A program made the translations under genes and the position numbers. From positions 1 through 64,000 of IMG/VR virus record IMGVR_UViG_3300007094_000006: a stretch of DNA of 64,000 nucleotides; one strand, written 5' to 3'. Positions 9,328-20,832 of the stretch are shown piece by piece; the stretch's first letter is position 1, and each line of letters opens with the position of its first letter. This DNA comes from a virus. The notes beneath the pieces are model-generated. The model had not been told where the DNA came from. It did not search any database and saw only the letters and a list, made by a program, of their open reading frames with translations.

Positions 9328-10269
9328 CTAAATTTTGAATTGTTTACCGAGAGAATCAGCGATGAAAGAATAGCTTAAAGAGAGAAAAGAAGAAACCTCT
9401 TTTATTTGTTTAGGGTTAAGATAGGGAATATCATCCATAGACGAATCGCCAGATTCTCCTTCAAACAATTTACGAACGGGAATCCAACCAAGAAAGTTCC
9501 CAAAAAAGGCAAGCTGATTAGAAGCTATCGCACAGTGTTCAAGTGCTGACCAATGACCGCTTTTGACTAAACGGAGAAAAAGTTTAACATCGGCGGTAAC
9601 GTTAGAATTACCACTGTGATTTAAGTAGGAAACTCTTGCACATCTTGCACTAGAGAAAGCAAATAGAACCAAAAAGTCGTCTTTGTATTTTTCTTTTTCT
9701 TCAGGAAGGACATAGGGTAGATGAAGAAAAACATCGTCGGAAGTAATTTGAGAATCTGGAAAATCATTAATAGCTTTTTTCATTTTTAAAGCTATTTCAC
9801 GAATTTCAGGTTGAGCGGCGAGATTAGTGCGTAGATTGAAAAAGTTTTCCCATTGAGTGCCGGTGATAACAACATCGACTAATTGGAAAGGTTCGGTTAA
9901 GCGATTGACAATTTCTTTATGAACACCTAATCGATTTAATAGATTAGCGTAAAATCGCTGAGAATGCAAAGACAAAAACCAAATTAAGTTAGCCAAATGG
10001 TGCTTGAAACCCTGTAATGGGACACCAGACTGCATCCCTTTTTGGTTAGTACCCCAAGAGATGGGAAAATAAGGGTTGGCAAGAAGTTTTGCGTCTTTTT
10101 TAGCAATAGGAACAGCACGATTAGATTCTGTATTAGAAGACAAAATGCGATGTTTGTTCAATTGTGCCAGAACAAAACGTGGCATGGTGATTTGAAAAGT
10201 GGTAATAGTCGACTTTGTACGGTGATTGAAAGTTTGAGCTATTACTGAGACTTTAAGAGTAGTAGGCAT
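9328..10269 (-). CDS. thyX: FAD-dependent thymidylate synthase
   Basis: PRFVLAQLNKHRILSSNTESNR motif, HKEIVNRL.EPF, W.NFF.LR...AQPEIR, SARCARVSY, H.S.LEH. Confidence 0.9.
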   Translation of the reverse strand: MPTTLKVSVIAQTFNHRTKSTITTFQITMPRFVLAQLNKHRILSSNTESNRAVPIAKKDAKLLANPYFPISWGTNQKGMQSGVPLQGFKHHLANLIWFLSLHSQRFYANLLNRLGVHKEIVNRLTEPFQLVDVVITGTQWENFFNLRTNLAAQPEIREIALKMKKAINDFPDSQITSDDVFLHLPYVLPEEKEKYKDDFLVLFAFSSARCARVSYLNHSGNSNVTADVKLFLRLVKSGHWSALEHCAIASNQLAFFGNFLGWIPVRKLFEGESGDSSMDDIPYLNPKQIKEVSSFLSLSYSFIADSLGKQFKI

Positions 10270-10275
10270 ATTTAC

Positions 10276-10827
10276 TTAGGGGTTAAATCCTGCTAAAGTT
10301 AATTTATCTTTTATCAATTTAACATGATTTTTCAATTTCTGCAAGGATATTTTCAGTTCGGAGCAAATTAGTGCATAATTACTATTTCTCGACCATCGCA
10401 AAGCAACAATCTGTTTTTCTAGAGGCGTTAAGGATTCTAAAAAACTAGCCAAAATTAGCCTGTGTTCTTCAGAATCAGTATAAAAGGCGGAAAATTTCAG
10501 AGAATTAGAAATTAAATATTGCTGAGTCTGACGGTGTTTTAACCTATTAAATTTACACCTCAAATCTAACCAACAATGGGTAGTTAGGGAACCTTTAGAG
10601 GGATTCCAAGTTTTCAATTTTTTCAAAACGACAAGAATACCTTCTTGGAGATAATCTTCACCAGATACATCGCAGTCAGACATAGCACGTTTAATGGCTT
10701 GCAATTGTGATTGAATCAAACTTAAAGTTTGATTGTTAAAAAAAGCTTCTATTTGTTGTTGGTGGGTTAAATTTAGGTGTTTCATGGCGGGGTAAGTTAA
10801 AATGGTAGTATAAACTAATTGTATCAC
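10276..10827 (-). CDS. Phage-encoded sigma70-family sigma factor
   Basis: Region 2 EDYLQEG...WNPSKGSLTTH.W; region 4 LTPLEKQIV.LRW...HTH. Confidence 0.8.
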   Translation of the reverse strand: MIQLVYTTILTYPAMKHLNLTHQQQIEAFFNNQTLSLIQSQLQAIKRAMSDCDVSGEDYLQEGILVVLKKLKTWNPSKGSLTTHCWLDLRCKFNRLKHRQTQQYLISNSLKFSAFYTDSEEHRLILASFLESLTPLEKQIVALRWSRNSNYALICSELKISLQKLKNHVKLIKDKLTLAGFNP

Positions 10828-10893
10828 ACTAAGTGAGGTTTAGCAACGCCCATCTCTTGAATAGAAGCAAAAAAAAAATAAAAATAAAAAAAA

Positions 10894-13800
10894 ATGAGTC
10901 AAGATACTTACAATGTTAGTTCTTTAATGGTGTCAATAGGTTTAAATACAAAACCTGCTGAAAACACATTGTTAAAATTTGAAAATATGCTAGAAGGTTC
11001 AGCGAATCGTATAGCATTTATGTTCAATGAGCGAGTATCGACGATGGTGGGAGATGCTTTTGGAAAATTAGGGAGAGAGGGGGGTGATGCACTAGGAGGG
11101 AAGATAGATAAAACAATCAGTGGCATGGTTGTAAATTTTAAACAATTGGATAAAGCTTCAAGTGATGCGTTAAAAAACCTGAAAACTGCGGCACTTGAAG
11201 CGAATGCGGAGTTAGCAAATAGCTCTAAACAAACATTAGGGGCTATGCGTCAAACGATGCAAACATTAGAAGCAGAAGGAAGATTAGCATTAGAAAACGC
11301 TAAACAAGCGGCAAAACAACAAGCGGAAACAATAGCACAAAACTTAATAAACAATGCTAGGACAGGTAATACGAGAGAAGCGGCAACGTTAGCAAATAAA
11401 ACAAGAGAAATAGCTAAAACATTTGATGCAATGAATCTAAATCAAATAGATTCTGCACTTCAAAATTTACAAAAACAGGCATTACTATTAGGAGTGAATG
11501 GTCAAAATGCGGCAGACAGTTTTAAAGAATTAAGAAGCACAATAGTTCAAGCGGGAATGGAATTAGAAAAGACCGTTAATGGACAATTAAAAAATTTGCA
11601 AATAAACAATAGCATAGCTGATAAAAATTTAGAAGAAGCAGGAAATAAATTTAGAAATCAGATAGAAAAAGCCTATGAAAAAGCTGGAAAAATTCTAGAA
11701 ACACAAGGGGTGGAAGGAACTAAAGAGGCATTAGCAGTAATGTCGAAAGGAGTAGAGGCATCGATTAAAAATTATGAAAAACAAATAGAGAGAACAGCCA
11801 ATAGTTTAGCACAACAAGCAAAAAAATTACAAGAATTAGGTGCTAATAATAATGAAGCAGATAGACTGTTTGGATTAGCGCAAAACATAAGAGACCAAGC
11901 AACACAAACAATACAAGGAATAAGAGAATCAACAGCAAAAGCCAGTGAACAGATTGAAAAAGATATGTATCAGGCTGGTGATAAAGCGGCTAAAGGATTT
12001 GGAGGGGGATTTGGGTCGGCTCTAGGTGGTGCAATAGGTGGGGCGGCATTAGGAGTATTGGGAACTGCTGTTGGGTCAATCGTGGGGGAAGCAATCTCTA
12101 ATTCTTTGATGTTTGCGTTTAATAGTCGTATGGAAATCATCAAAGGGACTATTGGGGGATTTATGTCCACAACAGTCAAGGGGATGATGGATTATGGTGA
12201 AGAAGAAAGACGATTAAATATGGCGACGTTTGTGACGGGGCGTAAGTCTGGTTTCAGGCAAGATAGTCCTGAATTTCGCCAAAATTTTGAAGGAGCGCAA
12301 AAAGCTATTACAGTGGCGGGAACAGACTATTCGTATAGTAGAATAGAAACTGCGGAATTAGTGCAAGAAATGGTAAAAGCTGGTTTAGATTTAAAAGATA
12401 TAGTAGGGGGAGCAACGAGAGAGGAGATTAAAAGAGGGATACTATATCAAGGTATGGGCTTAGGGGAAGCTATGGGGCTACAGGGTAACGAGTTAAAAGA
12501 GGTAGCTATCTTATTAAAACAAATAATGACTTCTTTTCCCGGTACAAGTCCTTCAACGGCTGTAAGAGAATTAGCGGCATTAGGGTTATCGACCCCTGCG
12601 GAATTTCGTAGATTTAAATATGCGACACAAGATTCACTATCTGCGGCATCTGTGGCGGGAATACCATTAAGAGACGTAATGCAAGGTTACGCCACGATGT
12701 TTAATATGTCCACACCTGAAGTTGCGGGTACTTTGTTAAAAAATCTGTACAATGGATTAAATAACCCGAATCAAACAAATAGACAACTTTATGGAACTTT
12801 TTCAAAATATTTTGACGGGGATTTAGCTAGTTCATTGAGAGAACCCGGAGACTTTAACGCTAAATTAGCTTATTTAGATACCGTAGCTGAAACCATCATT
12901 AAAAGAGGCGAAGCAAGTCAAGTTGCGGGAATGGGTAACTTAAATGCCAAATATTACGAGACTTTAAACTTACAAGGTCAAGCCAATCTGAGAAGTCAAC
13001 TGGTAGGAGCCTTGATGGGAGGGGGGGATACTTTCACAGTTGCTTATCGAAATTTGACATTACAAGGAAGGGAAGGGTTACAAAAGCAAAAAGAAGAATT
13101 TGAGAAATTCAATCAAAAAAATCCTGACGGCACAGGGTTGATGGAAGATTTTGTAAAAATGAGACAATCAGGTTTAAAGGGTGCTTTAGACCTTGTAGAA
13201 TCATCGATTGAAAACATCACAACTTTGTTTGGTAGTAAATTAGCACCGGGGTTTACCCAATTTGTTTTATTCATGAGACAAGCGGCAGATGCTTTAACTG
13301 ATAATGTTGAAAAGTTTTCTGGAGCGATTGAAAGAATGTCTGAGAGAATTGGTAAGGCTTTTGGTAATTTAGGTGACAATAAGTTACTAGACCAATTTGT
13401 AGATGGAATAATTCAAACTGCTGGTAACTTGGGCAAAATGTTTGAAAATTGGTTAGATAGAAGTTTAAATTTTCTCGAAACTGGTGACAATGTAACCAAT
13501 ATGTTTGAAAATTTAAATAACTTATTGGCTGATTTTGTGGGCGGTTTAGAAGGACTTTTTCAATTACTGAAAGGTCTAATTCCTTTAATAAATGAATCAG
13601 GAGGGGGACTGAGAGTATTAGGTGTTGATGCTGAAGTAAGAAGAGAAGCAGAAGCATTAACAACTAGAGGTGAAATAGGTGGTACAAGTGAAAGAGTCTT
13701 TAATTATGCAGTAGAAACAGGAAAAATTGGAAATTTAACAGTTAGAGACCCTAGTGTTATTCAGAAGGTGTCCGAGATGGAAGCCGCAAAACTAGAAGCC

Positions 13801-16800
13801 GCAATTCAAGCTAAGGATGTAAACAGATTTGTTATTAAAACTGGTAGAGAAAGATTATCAAAAGATAATTGGAATACACGGACAAGAGCAGAAACCTTTA
13901 AGGATTTAGAAGGGGCTAGTCAAGAAGAAAGATTGTCAGTAATACAACAAGGTTTTAGAAAAGTACAAGGGCTAGATAAGACAGATTATTTTATATCTGG
14001 GGGTACTGGTAAAAACCAAAGTTTGGTTTTAAAATTGAAAGATAATAGATTTGAACAAGTAGATGTTAAAGAAGGTTCGGAAGATGCAAAAAATCTAGGA
14101 GCTATTTTAGCCCCAAGAGGAAGAAAACCAGTTCCCACAGTAGACCCAACTGCCGCAGGTTTAGGTTCATTTTTACCCCAGAAGCAGATGGAGACACTGA
14201 CAACCACCTACAAGGATTTGGAGAGTAGAAAGAAAGCCATTAATGATGCTCAAGATTTAAGAGCTAAAGAATTATTTGGAGCAACAGCTATGTTTAATGA
14301 GGACACAGCTAGAGTGACAGATATTGATAAAAACGCACTTACTGCTAGTGCTTTAATGGAAAATAGAGAAAGATTAAATGCGTTAATAAGAACGGCATCT
14401 GGTAAAGAAGGTGCAAATGCCGCTCAAGCTTTGGCTCAAACAGCCAAAGAAAACAAAGATATAAAAAATATACAAGCATTAGTCAATTTGTCTACAGGTG
14501 CTGTTAAGGGTACAAAGGGGGAAACTCCATTATTAACACAACAACAACTTGTAGCCACATTAGAAAGAACTGAAAAGGGTGCGGATATAGCAAGAACTGC
14601 TAATGAATATACCCAATTTACCATTAATGAGTTAGAACAAGCCGCTAAACAAAAGGGAAAACTCAAACCAGCTTGGGATAGAATTAAAAAACAATTAGAA
14701 AGTGGGGAAATGGTGGGAGATTTTACCTCTTTCTTAGAGCAATTTGTCGCTAAACAGTTAGAAATTGTAAACAATAAAAATACATCTGAAACTGATAGAT
14801 TAACGATAAATGAAAATTTAAGAGCCATAACTCAAGAGGGTCAAATTGACCAACCTAAAAAATTAGATAAAAAAAGTGCAGTAGCTGAAGGTGTAACTGT
14901 TGATTTAGATAAATACCGTAAACTGATTGATGATACTCATAAAACAAGAATAGAACAAGAAAATCAGATTTTTCAGTTACGTCAAAAAGGTTTTGAGCTT
15001 GAGAGACAGTCTTACACTTTAGCGACTGCCTATAAAGGACAAGTCAATAATAATTTAGAATCCTTTTTTGGGATTTTAGCACAAGCAGAAAACACTTTAT
15101 TAAGTAATAAAACAAGATTACAAGGAATTGACCAATATTTTATTGATAACAGAAATAATCTAACAACCAAATATAAAGATGTTAATCCTCAAATTGGAGG
15201 GGGCATTCAAGAAAATTATGGTGGGACTGGTCAACCTGTTTTTGTTCCTAAAGGTTCACCGGATAAAGAAGTAAATGCTTTATCTGCTGAGATTATTAAA
15301 CAGCAAGTAGATGATATAAACCTTAAGAACCAAGAAAAAGCTGAGATTCTTAAACAAAGTGGGCTAGTTCAAGAAAATTTAGCGTTACAGGTTAAAAATG
15401 CAATAGCGTCAGGCATACAACAAGCTACAGGAACCCTTTCTAATTTAGGAAACACGCTAGGGGCAAGTTCTCCAGCAATGAATCAAGCAAATCAAATGTT
15501 TGATGCTGTAAAGACACAAGGACTTCAATTAGCCCAACAGATGCAAACTTTAAAAGTTATTCAAGCTATGAGTCCGGGGGAATTTACGCAACAAGACGCT
15601 AAGGCTTTGGGAGGATTAGAAAAAATCTTTAATTCGATTCCTAAATTGTTGAAAGAAGCTTTACAGGATGTGGTTAACTCAATGGTTCGTGAGTTAAACG
15701 GGTTTTTTCAGAATTTATCTGAGAATGCTACACGAAGAGCAGAAGAAGCAGTAGGAATGTTAGGCATTGGTGGTTCTGTCACTAAATTATTAAGTTTAGC
15801 TAATGATGTAAGTTCTAGTATCTTTAAAAATAAAGAAGAACAATTAGGATTACAACAAGAAACTTCTGGAATCAGAAGACAGGTAGGACTTAATCGGGCA
15901 TTAGGACAATATTTTCCAGATGAGTTTTTTAGTCAAAAAGTTGCCTTTGGTGAAGCCTCAATTCGTGTTAATCAGGCAAAAATTGAAGGGTTAAAATTAG
16001 ATGCTCAAAATATTTTAGATATGTCTAGAATAAAAGCTAATTTAACCTTTTTTGAAAGTTTCTTAGAGATATTCAAAGAAACAAGAGAATTGGGACGAGG
16101 ATTTTCACAAATAGCCGATGATATTTTAGATTTTGAAAAGAAACAAGAAGGCTATGACAAAAGTGTTGCTGATTTAGAGTTAAGAATTAAGCTAATGACT
16201 TCTCAATTATCTACTGTGACAGAAGTGTTTGGGGAATTATCCTTAGTAAGTAAAGACAGCTTAGAACAATCCAAATTATACTTAGAACAACAAAAGAAAG
16301 CATTAGAAATGCTTTTGGAGATTGAAAGAAAGTATAGAGTGGAAAAAGCTACTGATGACTTTAATAAATCAGTAGGAAATAACGCAATTGGTAACTATCA
16401 AGCGCAAAGCGAGGCTAATAATGCTCGTTTAGAAATCCTGAAAATGGGTCAAAGCAGAAATAGTAGAAGGGCTGGTGCTGAATTAGAGCTTAAAAATGCC
16501 CAAACAGAATATGAAAAAAGCATATTAAATGCCACATTAAATGCTAATTCTAGAAGATTAGAAGAACAAAAAGCTAAAGAAGCTTTAGAACAAAGAGCAA
16601 TATCTGGAGCTTTCACGACTCCTGAAGGACAACAAGAAGCGGCTTTAAGATACGCAGAAATTCAATCAAAAATAGTAGGTATTGACACAGAGTTAGCCAA
16701 TACTAAAAATGTAGCGTACAATAAATTAAAAGTGGCAATGGAAAAATCTGCCACAGAATTAGATGATTTGTATAGAATCAATTCTCAAATCGCAGAAGTC

Positions 16801-18621
16801 GTTGACGGTGCTTTTACAGGACTCTATGATATATTAACGGATGCTAGTAAAACTTTTGAGCAAAAAATGAAATCGTTTTCAGATAATTTACTCAAAGAAA
16901 TAGGTAAAATTGGATGGAATTATCTGAAAGATTTTATGTTAGCCCCCTTTAAGGATGCGTTAACTAAACGGGATGACAAAGGTATTCAAGACGCTGTAAG
17001 CCCTAACTACTCACAATTAAAAGGTTTAGATTTTGGGAAACCAGCAATGGAAAACCCTGAAAACAGCATTAACCGAGAAAAGATTTTTGCTGAAATTATG
17101 GCTTTAGACGCTAAACAACAAGAAAATCTGAAAGCACTTAATGCTAGAATGCGTACCAGTATTTTGGAAGTTGCTAATATTGAAGAAGCTGGTAAAGCCG
17201 CAGAAAGCATATTCAAAAAATTTAGCGAAACCATTAATGCAAACGTAGGCGATGGAGCATTAGCTAAACTTATAGCCGTCAACTCAGCTAATGGGGAACA
17301 AGGTATGGCTATCAATATAGGTGTTCAGACTTCAATCCAAGAAAAAATTAAAAACACTTTATTAACCTCTAAGGATATTTTAAGTGAAGTTCGAGACGGC
17401 ATAAAGAGACTATCTAATGATTTGTTAAAGAACACAGATAAATCTGTAGCACAGGGGAAAAAGCCAGAGACGACAGCTAGTCCTAATGGTCAAGAATCTA
17501 CACCGGCTATCCCTAAAATTACTGAGACTCCTACAACGCCTCTTACCCCTGTTATCCCTAAAATTACTGAGACTCCTACAACGCCTCTTACTCCTGCCCC
17601 TATCAAAACCCCCGCACGTCATTCAGTGAAAGAGCAACTGGATATGTATCCTGAGAATCATCAGTTGCGAGACATGATTAAACAGCAAAAAGAAACAGAG
17701 TATTTACAAATGGAAAACGATTTACTAAATGGTAAATACCAAGGTTCAACATCAAGTTTCTTTAAGCCACAAGAAGCTGTAGTTGCTTCTGGGATATCAG
17801 ACTTGGGTATAGATTTAGGTTTTAGTAAGCCTAATTATAGTTTAGGGTTTGGTCACAATTTGAATCTTCAAGATATGTCAGAATTTTCACCCCTTAACGG
17901 TCAACCATTCCCTTTAGGATTAAAATCTGACTTTAATCTGAGTAGTCCTTTTACTTTTGGGGCAACTCCTCAATTCCAAATGCCAATGAATATTTTAGAA
18001 CCTTTGACACAAGCCACAGGAGCAGGTAGTGGTGGGGGCTTTTTTAGCCAATTGTTAGGAGGTATGGGTGGAGTAGAAGGTATATTAGGATTGTTAATGA
18101 CTTCTTTACCTTTTATAACTTCATTATTTGGTAGTAACCGAAGACCAAAAAGATATAATTCTGGAGGTTTAGTGAAAGGGTTTGGTAACTCAGATATTAT
18201 ACCAGCAATGTTAACACCGGGAGAGGGTGTAATAACAAATAAAGGAATGTCCTATCTTGGTGGTGAAGGTAAGCTAAATGCTTTAAATGCTGGTTCTTTA
18301 CAATTAGCTGACATACAATCCCCTCAAAATTTAGGTTTGGACGATATACCGTCTAGTGAAAGATTTAGAGGTAAAAGTGCTATGTTGCCTGAACCCAAAT
18401 CTGAGTCTGAAAAAGCCATTTCAGAGTTTATGGGTCAAAGCGAGGAACTTAGTTTACCTAAAATAGAGTTAAACTACGCAACCACTGCCTTTAATGGGCA
18501 AAACTTTGTGACTGAAGAAGTATTTAAACAAGCTATTGAACAAACAGTAGAAACAGCTAAAAACTCAGTTTATGAGGCAATTCGTTATTCACCCGCCGCT
18601 AGAAGAAAACTAGGAATTTAA
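10894..18621 (+). CDS. Tail tape measure protein
   Basis: 2575 aa, Ala/Gln/Gly-rich helical; C-terminal GGLV.G..SD.IPAMLTPGE.VI motif; followed by tail tip genes. Confidence 0.9.
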   Translation: MSQDTYNVSSLMVSIGLNTKPAENTLLKFENMLEGSANRIAFMFNERVSTMVGDAFGKLGREGGDALGGKIDKTISGMVVNFKQLDKASSDALKNLKTAALEANAELANSSKQTLGAMRQTMQTLEAEGRLALENAKQAAKQQAETIAQNLINNARTGNTREAATLANKTREIAKTFDAMNLNQIDSALQNLQKQALLLGVNGQNAADSFKELRSTIVQAGMELEKTVNGQLKNLQINNSIADKNLEEAGNKFRNQIEKAYEKAGKILETQGVEGTKEALAVMSKGVEASIKNYEKQIERTANSLAQQAKKLQELGANNNEADRLFGLAQNIRDQATQTIQGIRESTAKASEQIEKDMYQAGDKAAKGFGGGFGSALGGAIGGAALGVLGTAVGSIVGEAISNSLMFAFNSRMEIIKGTIGGFMSTTVKGMMDYGEEERRLNMATFVTGRKSGFRQDSPEFRQNFEGAQKAITVAGTDYSYSRIETAELVQEMVKAGLDLKDIVGGATREEIKRGILYQGMGLGEAMGLQGNELKEVAILLKQIMTSFPGTSPSTAVRELAALGLSTPAEFRRFKYATQDSLSAASVAGIPLRDVMQGYATMFNMSTPEVAGTLLKNLYNGLNNPNQTNRQLYGTFSKYFDGDLASSLREPGDFNAKLAYLDTVAETIIKRGEASQVAGMGNLNAKYYETLNLQGQANLRSQLVGALMGGGDTFTVAYRNLTLQGREGLQKQKEEFEKFNQKNPDGTGLMEDFVKMRQSGLKGALDLVESSIENITTLFGSKLAPGFTQFVLFMRQAADALTDNVEKFSGAIERMSERIGKAFGNLGDNKLLDQFVDGIIQTAGNLGKMFENWLDRSLNFLETGDNVTNMFENLNNLLADFVGGLEGLFQLLKGLIPLINESGGGLRVLGVDAEVRREAEALTTRGEIGGTSERVFNYAVETGKIGNLTVRDPSVIQKVSEMEAAKLEAAIQAKDVNRFVIKTGRERLSKDNWNTRTRAETFKDLEGASQEERLSVIQQGFRKVQGLDKTDYFISGGTGKNQSLVLKLKDNRFEQVDVKEGSEDAKNLGAILAPRGRKPVPTVDPTAAGLGSFLPQKQMETLTTTYKDLESRKKAINDAQDLRAKELFGATAMFNEDTARVTDIDKNALTASALMENRERLNALIRTASGKEGANAAQALAQTAKENKDIKNIQALVNLSTGAVKGTKGETPLLTQQQLVATLERTEKGADIARTANEYTQFTINELEQAAKQKGKLKPAWDRIKKQLESGEMVGDFTSFLEQFVAKQLEIVNNKNTSETDRLTINENLRAITQEGQIDQPKKLDKKSAVAEGVTVDLDKYRKLIDDTHKTRIEQENQIFQLRQKGFELERQSYTLATAYKGQVNNNLESFFGILAQAENTLLSNKTRLQGIDQYFIDNRNNLTTKYKDVNPQIGGGIQENYGGTGQPVFVPKGSPDKEVNALSAEIIKQQVDDINLKNQEKAEILKQSGLVQENLALQVKNAIASGIQQATGTLSNLGNTLGASSPAMNQANQMFDAVKTQGLQLAQQMQTLKVIQAMSPGEFTQQDAKALGGLEKIFNSIPKLLKEALQDVVNSMVRELNGFFQNLSENATRRAEEAVGMLGIGGSVTKLLSLANDVSSSIFKNKEEQLGLQQETSGIRRQVGLNRALGQYFPDEFFSQKVAFGEASIRVNQAKIEGLKLDAQNILDMSRIKANLTFFESFLEIFKETRELGRGFSQIADDILDFEKKQEGYDKSVADLELRIKLMTSQLSTVTEVFGELSLVSKDSLEQSKLYLEQQKKALEMLLEIERKYRVEKATDDFNKSVGNNAIGNYQAQSEANNARLEILKMGQSRNSRRAGAELELKNAQTEYEKSILNATLNANSRRLEEQKAKEALEQRAISGAFTTPEGQQEAALRYAEIQSKIVGIDTELANTKNVAYNKLKVAMEKSATELDDLYRINSQIAEVVDGAFTGLYDILTDASKTFEQKMKSFSDNLLKEIGKIGWNYLKDFMLAPFKDALTKRDDKGIQDAVSPNYSQLKGLDFGKPAMENPENSINREKIFAEIMALDAKQQENLKALNARMRTSILEVANIEEAGKAAESIFKKFSETINANVGDGALAKLIAVNSANGEQGMAINIGVQTSIQEKIKNTLLTSKDILSEVRDGIKRLSNDLLKNTDKSVAQGKKPETTASPNGQESTPAIPKITETPTTPLTPVIPKITETPTTPLTPAPIKTPARHSVKEQLDMYPENHQLRDMIKQQKETEYLQMENDLLNGKYQGSTSSFFKPQEAVVASGISDLGIDLGFSKPNYSLGFGHNLNLQDMSEFSPLNGQPFPLGLKSDFNLSSPFTFGATPQFQMPMNILEPLTQATGAGSGGGFFSQLLGGMGGVEGILGLLMTSLPFITSLFGSNRRPKRYNSGGLVKGFGNSDIIPAMLTPGEGVITNKGMSYLGGEGKLNALNAGSLQLADIQSPQNLGLDDIPSSERFRGKSAMLPEPKSESEKAISEFMGQSEELSLPKIELNYATTAFNGQNFVTEEVFKQAIEQTVETAKNSVYEAIRYSPAARRKLGI

Positions 18622-18626
18622 TTGCG

Positions 18627-20738
18627 ATGACTAATATTTTTCCTGAAACTCTTGCTCCTAATTTTTTCCACGTTGATAAATTACCAGATTATGGTTTAAA
18701 AATCTTTGAGAATGAATTAGGACGGGAAATTCGCAGATATACTGAAGACACGGGCTACAAAACTGAGTTAAAAATACAATATAACGGGCTTAGAAGTGAT
18801 GAGGTTAAAGCTTTAACGGCATTTTATCTCCAAGTTAAGGGAACATTTGATAAGTTTACTTTGCCAATAAATTTTTATCGCAGTCCTTCTAGCATTACAA
18901 ATTCTTTAACTGATTTAGCTGATACGACCGAATGGCGATTTATGAACCCGCCTATAATTCAGACAGTTATTAGCAATATTTACACAGTAGAGATAAGATT
19001 ATTATCACTAAAAGAATCGTTAAATCCTGATAGTTCTAAAATTATAGGGTTTGTAGATAATGTAAATGTAGATTTTATTTTACCAACTATATTAATTCCA
19101 CAACAAAATCAAGTTACGGAATTAGTTCCTATAGCTTTAGAATTTATTGTATCTTCAATAGATTTAAACCAGAGTGTAAGTGTCAATTCTATAGATTTGA
19201 CATTAGAAACTTCAGAACTAACTTTTACTACTTCTAGTGGTACTGTAGATAGTCGCTCAATCCAAAGTTTAAGCCTTTATTTTGTGGCTTCACAAACAAG
19301 CTTTGGAACATTAAACAGTTTTGAACAAATGCCTAGTATCATTGTTTCAGGAACATTCACAAGTTTAGAACGTTATACACACTTAGTTAATACAGCTTCT
19401 GGTGTGGCATCCACAACATTGCCCTCAAATGCACCTGATGATACAACTATTATTTATTCTGATTATGCTGGAACTTCTACTAGCTCACCTACAGGTTTTG
19501 GTTTAAATGCTTTTACTTTAAATGCACCAGTAGGACAAACAATACAAGGTCAAAGCAGCAGAGTGTTAAATGTTGAAAACACTTCTATTCAAGTAATTAA
19601 AAAAGGAAATAGATGGACAATTGTTGGAACAGAATTAGCTACAGTTAGTGGTGGTGGTGGTTCCGCTATCCCTACTGTTGTCATTAACTCTAATACTACG
19701 GGTGCTTCAAATACCCGCTATCTGTGCAATACCAGTGGCGGTTCATTCACCCTTACCCTACCTGCTTCTCCTAGTAACAACGATGTAATAGAAGTTGCTG
19801 ATTTTAGTAACTCCTCCCTAGTCACAGGATTTGGTATTTATCCACTTATTGTTGTGGCTAATACTGGTCATACCATCTCTGGACAAACCCAAGTGGTATT
19901 GGATAGAGGGGGTCAAGGGCTTGAGTTAGTCTTCCACTCTAATCGATGGAGTATCACGTCTGGGATTGGGGAAAATAATGCAGTAGGGCTTGAAACTAAT
20001 ACGTTAAAATATAATGGATTTCTCTATTATTGGAATTACGACAAAGAGGTAACTACCAATAAGACTGACGAAATATCCCTACTCACAATGACTGGTTCAG
20101 CAATGACCCGCTTCGGATTTAATCTCTCAAATAAAATATTATATGGTTTAAGGGTGAATGGTTCGGAGTCAGTATCCGTACCTAATAATTCCAATTTTCA
20201 GTTAACTGGTGACTTTGAAATAATGATGGGAGTTTATTGTTTCAATACGTCTAACTCCGCTACAGGGTTTGCTGGTAATTTTTCTACGTCGGGAAACTGG
20301 AACGGTTGGATGTTAAATCATTTTGCTGGTCAGGGATTCAGGTTGAGTTCTGGTCACACGGGGAATGCACAAGGATTAGATGCTGTACAAAATGTTAATT
20401 TAGTAGCAAACACTCCTTATTTGTTAAATGGATTTTATAGACATAGTGATAGAACAATAGGGATGAGCGTTAACCGGAGTGCCTTTAACACAAGACAATT
20501 ACTTGGCGACGCTCGTACCAATAATAATGACTTTCGTATTGGTAATGTTTTTGGTTGGTCGTTGGCAAATAATTGGGGGATAGTATTCTGTGGTATCAGT
20601 AGAAGATTATTAACAGACAATGAAAGAGACTATATTTACAATTCTGGTGTATGGAATATGCGTGGTGAAAGTAAAATAGTTGAAATATTACCAGTTTATT
20701 TGGCTGATATTCAGGCAATGCTTGTAGCGAGTTTTTAG
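18627..20738 (+). CDS. Tail protein: Dit/gpM-like N-domain, fibre repeats and LamG-like C-domain
   Basis: N-terminus paralogous to 22851, 27639, 28061; repeated NTSGG.FTLTLPA.P motifs. Confidence 0.7.
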   Translation: MTNIFPETLAPNFFHVDKLPDYGLKIFENELGREIRRYTEDTGYKTELKIQYNGLRSDEVKALTAFYLQVKGTFDKFTLPINFYRSPSSITNSLTDLADTTEWRFMNPPIIQTVISNIYTVEIRLLSLKESLNPDSSKIIGFVDNVNVDFILPTILIPQQNQVTELVPIALEFIVSSIDLNQSVSVNSIDLTLETSELTFTTSSGTVDSRSIQSLSLYFVASQTSFGTLNSFEQMPSIIVSGTFTSLERYTHLVNTASGVASTTLPSNAPDDTTIIYSDYAGTSTSSPTGFGLNAFTLNAPVGQTIQGQSSRVLNVENTSIQVIKKGNRWTIVGTELATVSGGGGSAIPTVVINSNTTGASNTRYLCNTSGGSFTLTLPASPSNNDVIEVADFSNSSLVTGFGIYPLIVVANTGHTISGQTQVVLDRGGQGLELVFHSNRWSITSGIGENNAVGLETNTLKYNGFLYYWNYDKEVTTNKTDEISLLTMTGSAMTRFGFNLSNKILYGLRVNGSESVSVPNNSNFQLTGDFEIMMGVYCFNTSNSATGFAGNFSTSGNWNGWMLNHFAGQGFRLSSGHTGNAQGLDAVQNVNLVANTPYLLNGFYRHSDRTIGMSVNRSAFNTRQLLGDARTNNNDFRIGNVFGWSLANNWGIVFCGISRRLLTDNERDYIYNSGVWNMRGESKIVEILPVYLADIQAMLVASF

Positions 20739-20832
20739 AAAGAAATTGTGTCACTACTTTGAGAGTAGTTCAATCTAATCCACCCAATTTTAAATCTGGT
20801 CTCACCTCAAGAACTTTAAGCTCTAACTAACA

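Noticed and set aside
10908-17622. Antisense and off-frame ORFs inside the tape measure and other long genes
   Set aside because: Shadow frames of real CDSs without RBS or motifs
20760-20776. Partial match of the mini-element guide (TGAACTACTCT) here and at 56831
   Set aside because: No adjacent TTAT, first guide base mismatched, and the motif is part of reused terminator hairpins
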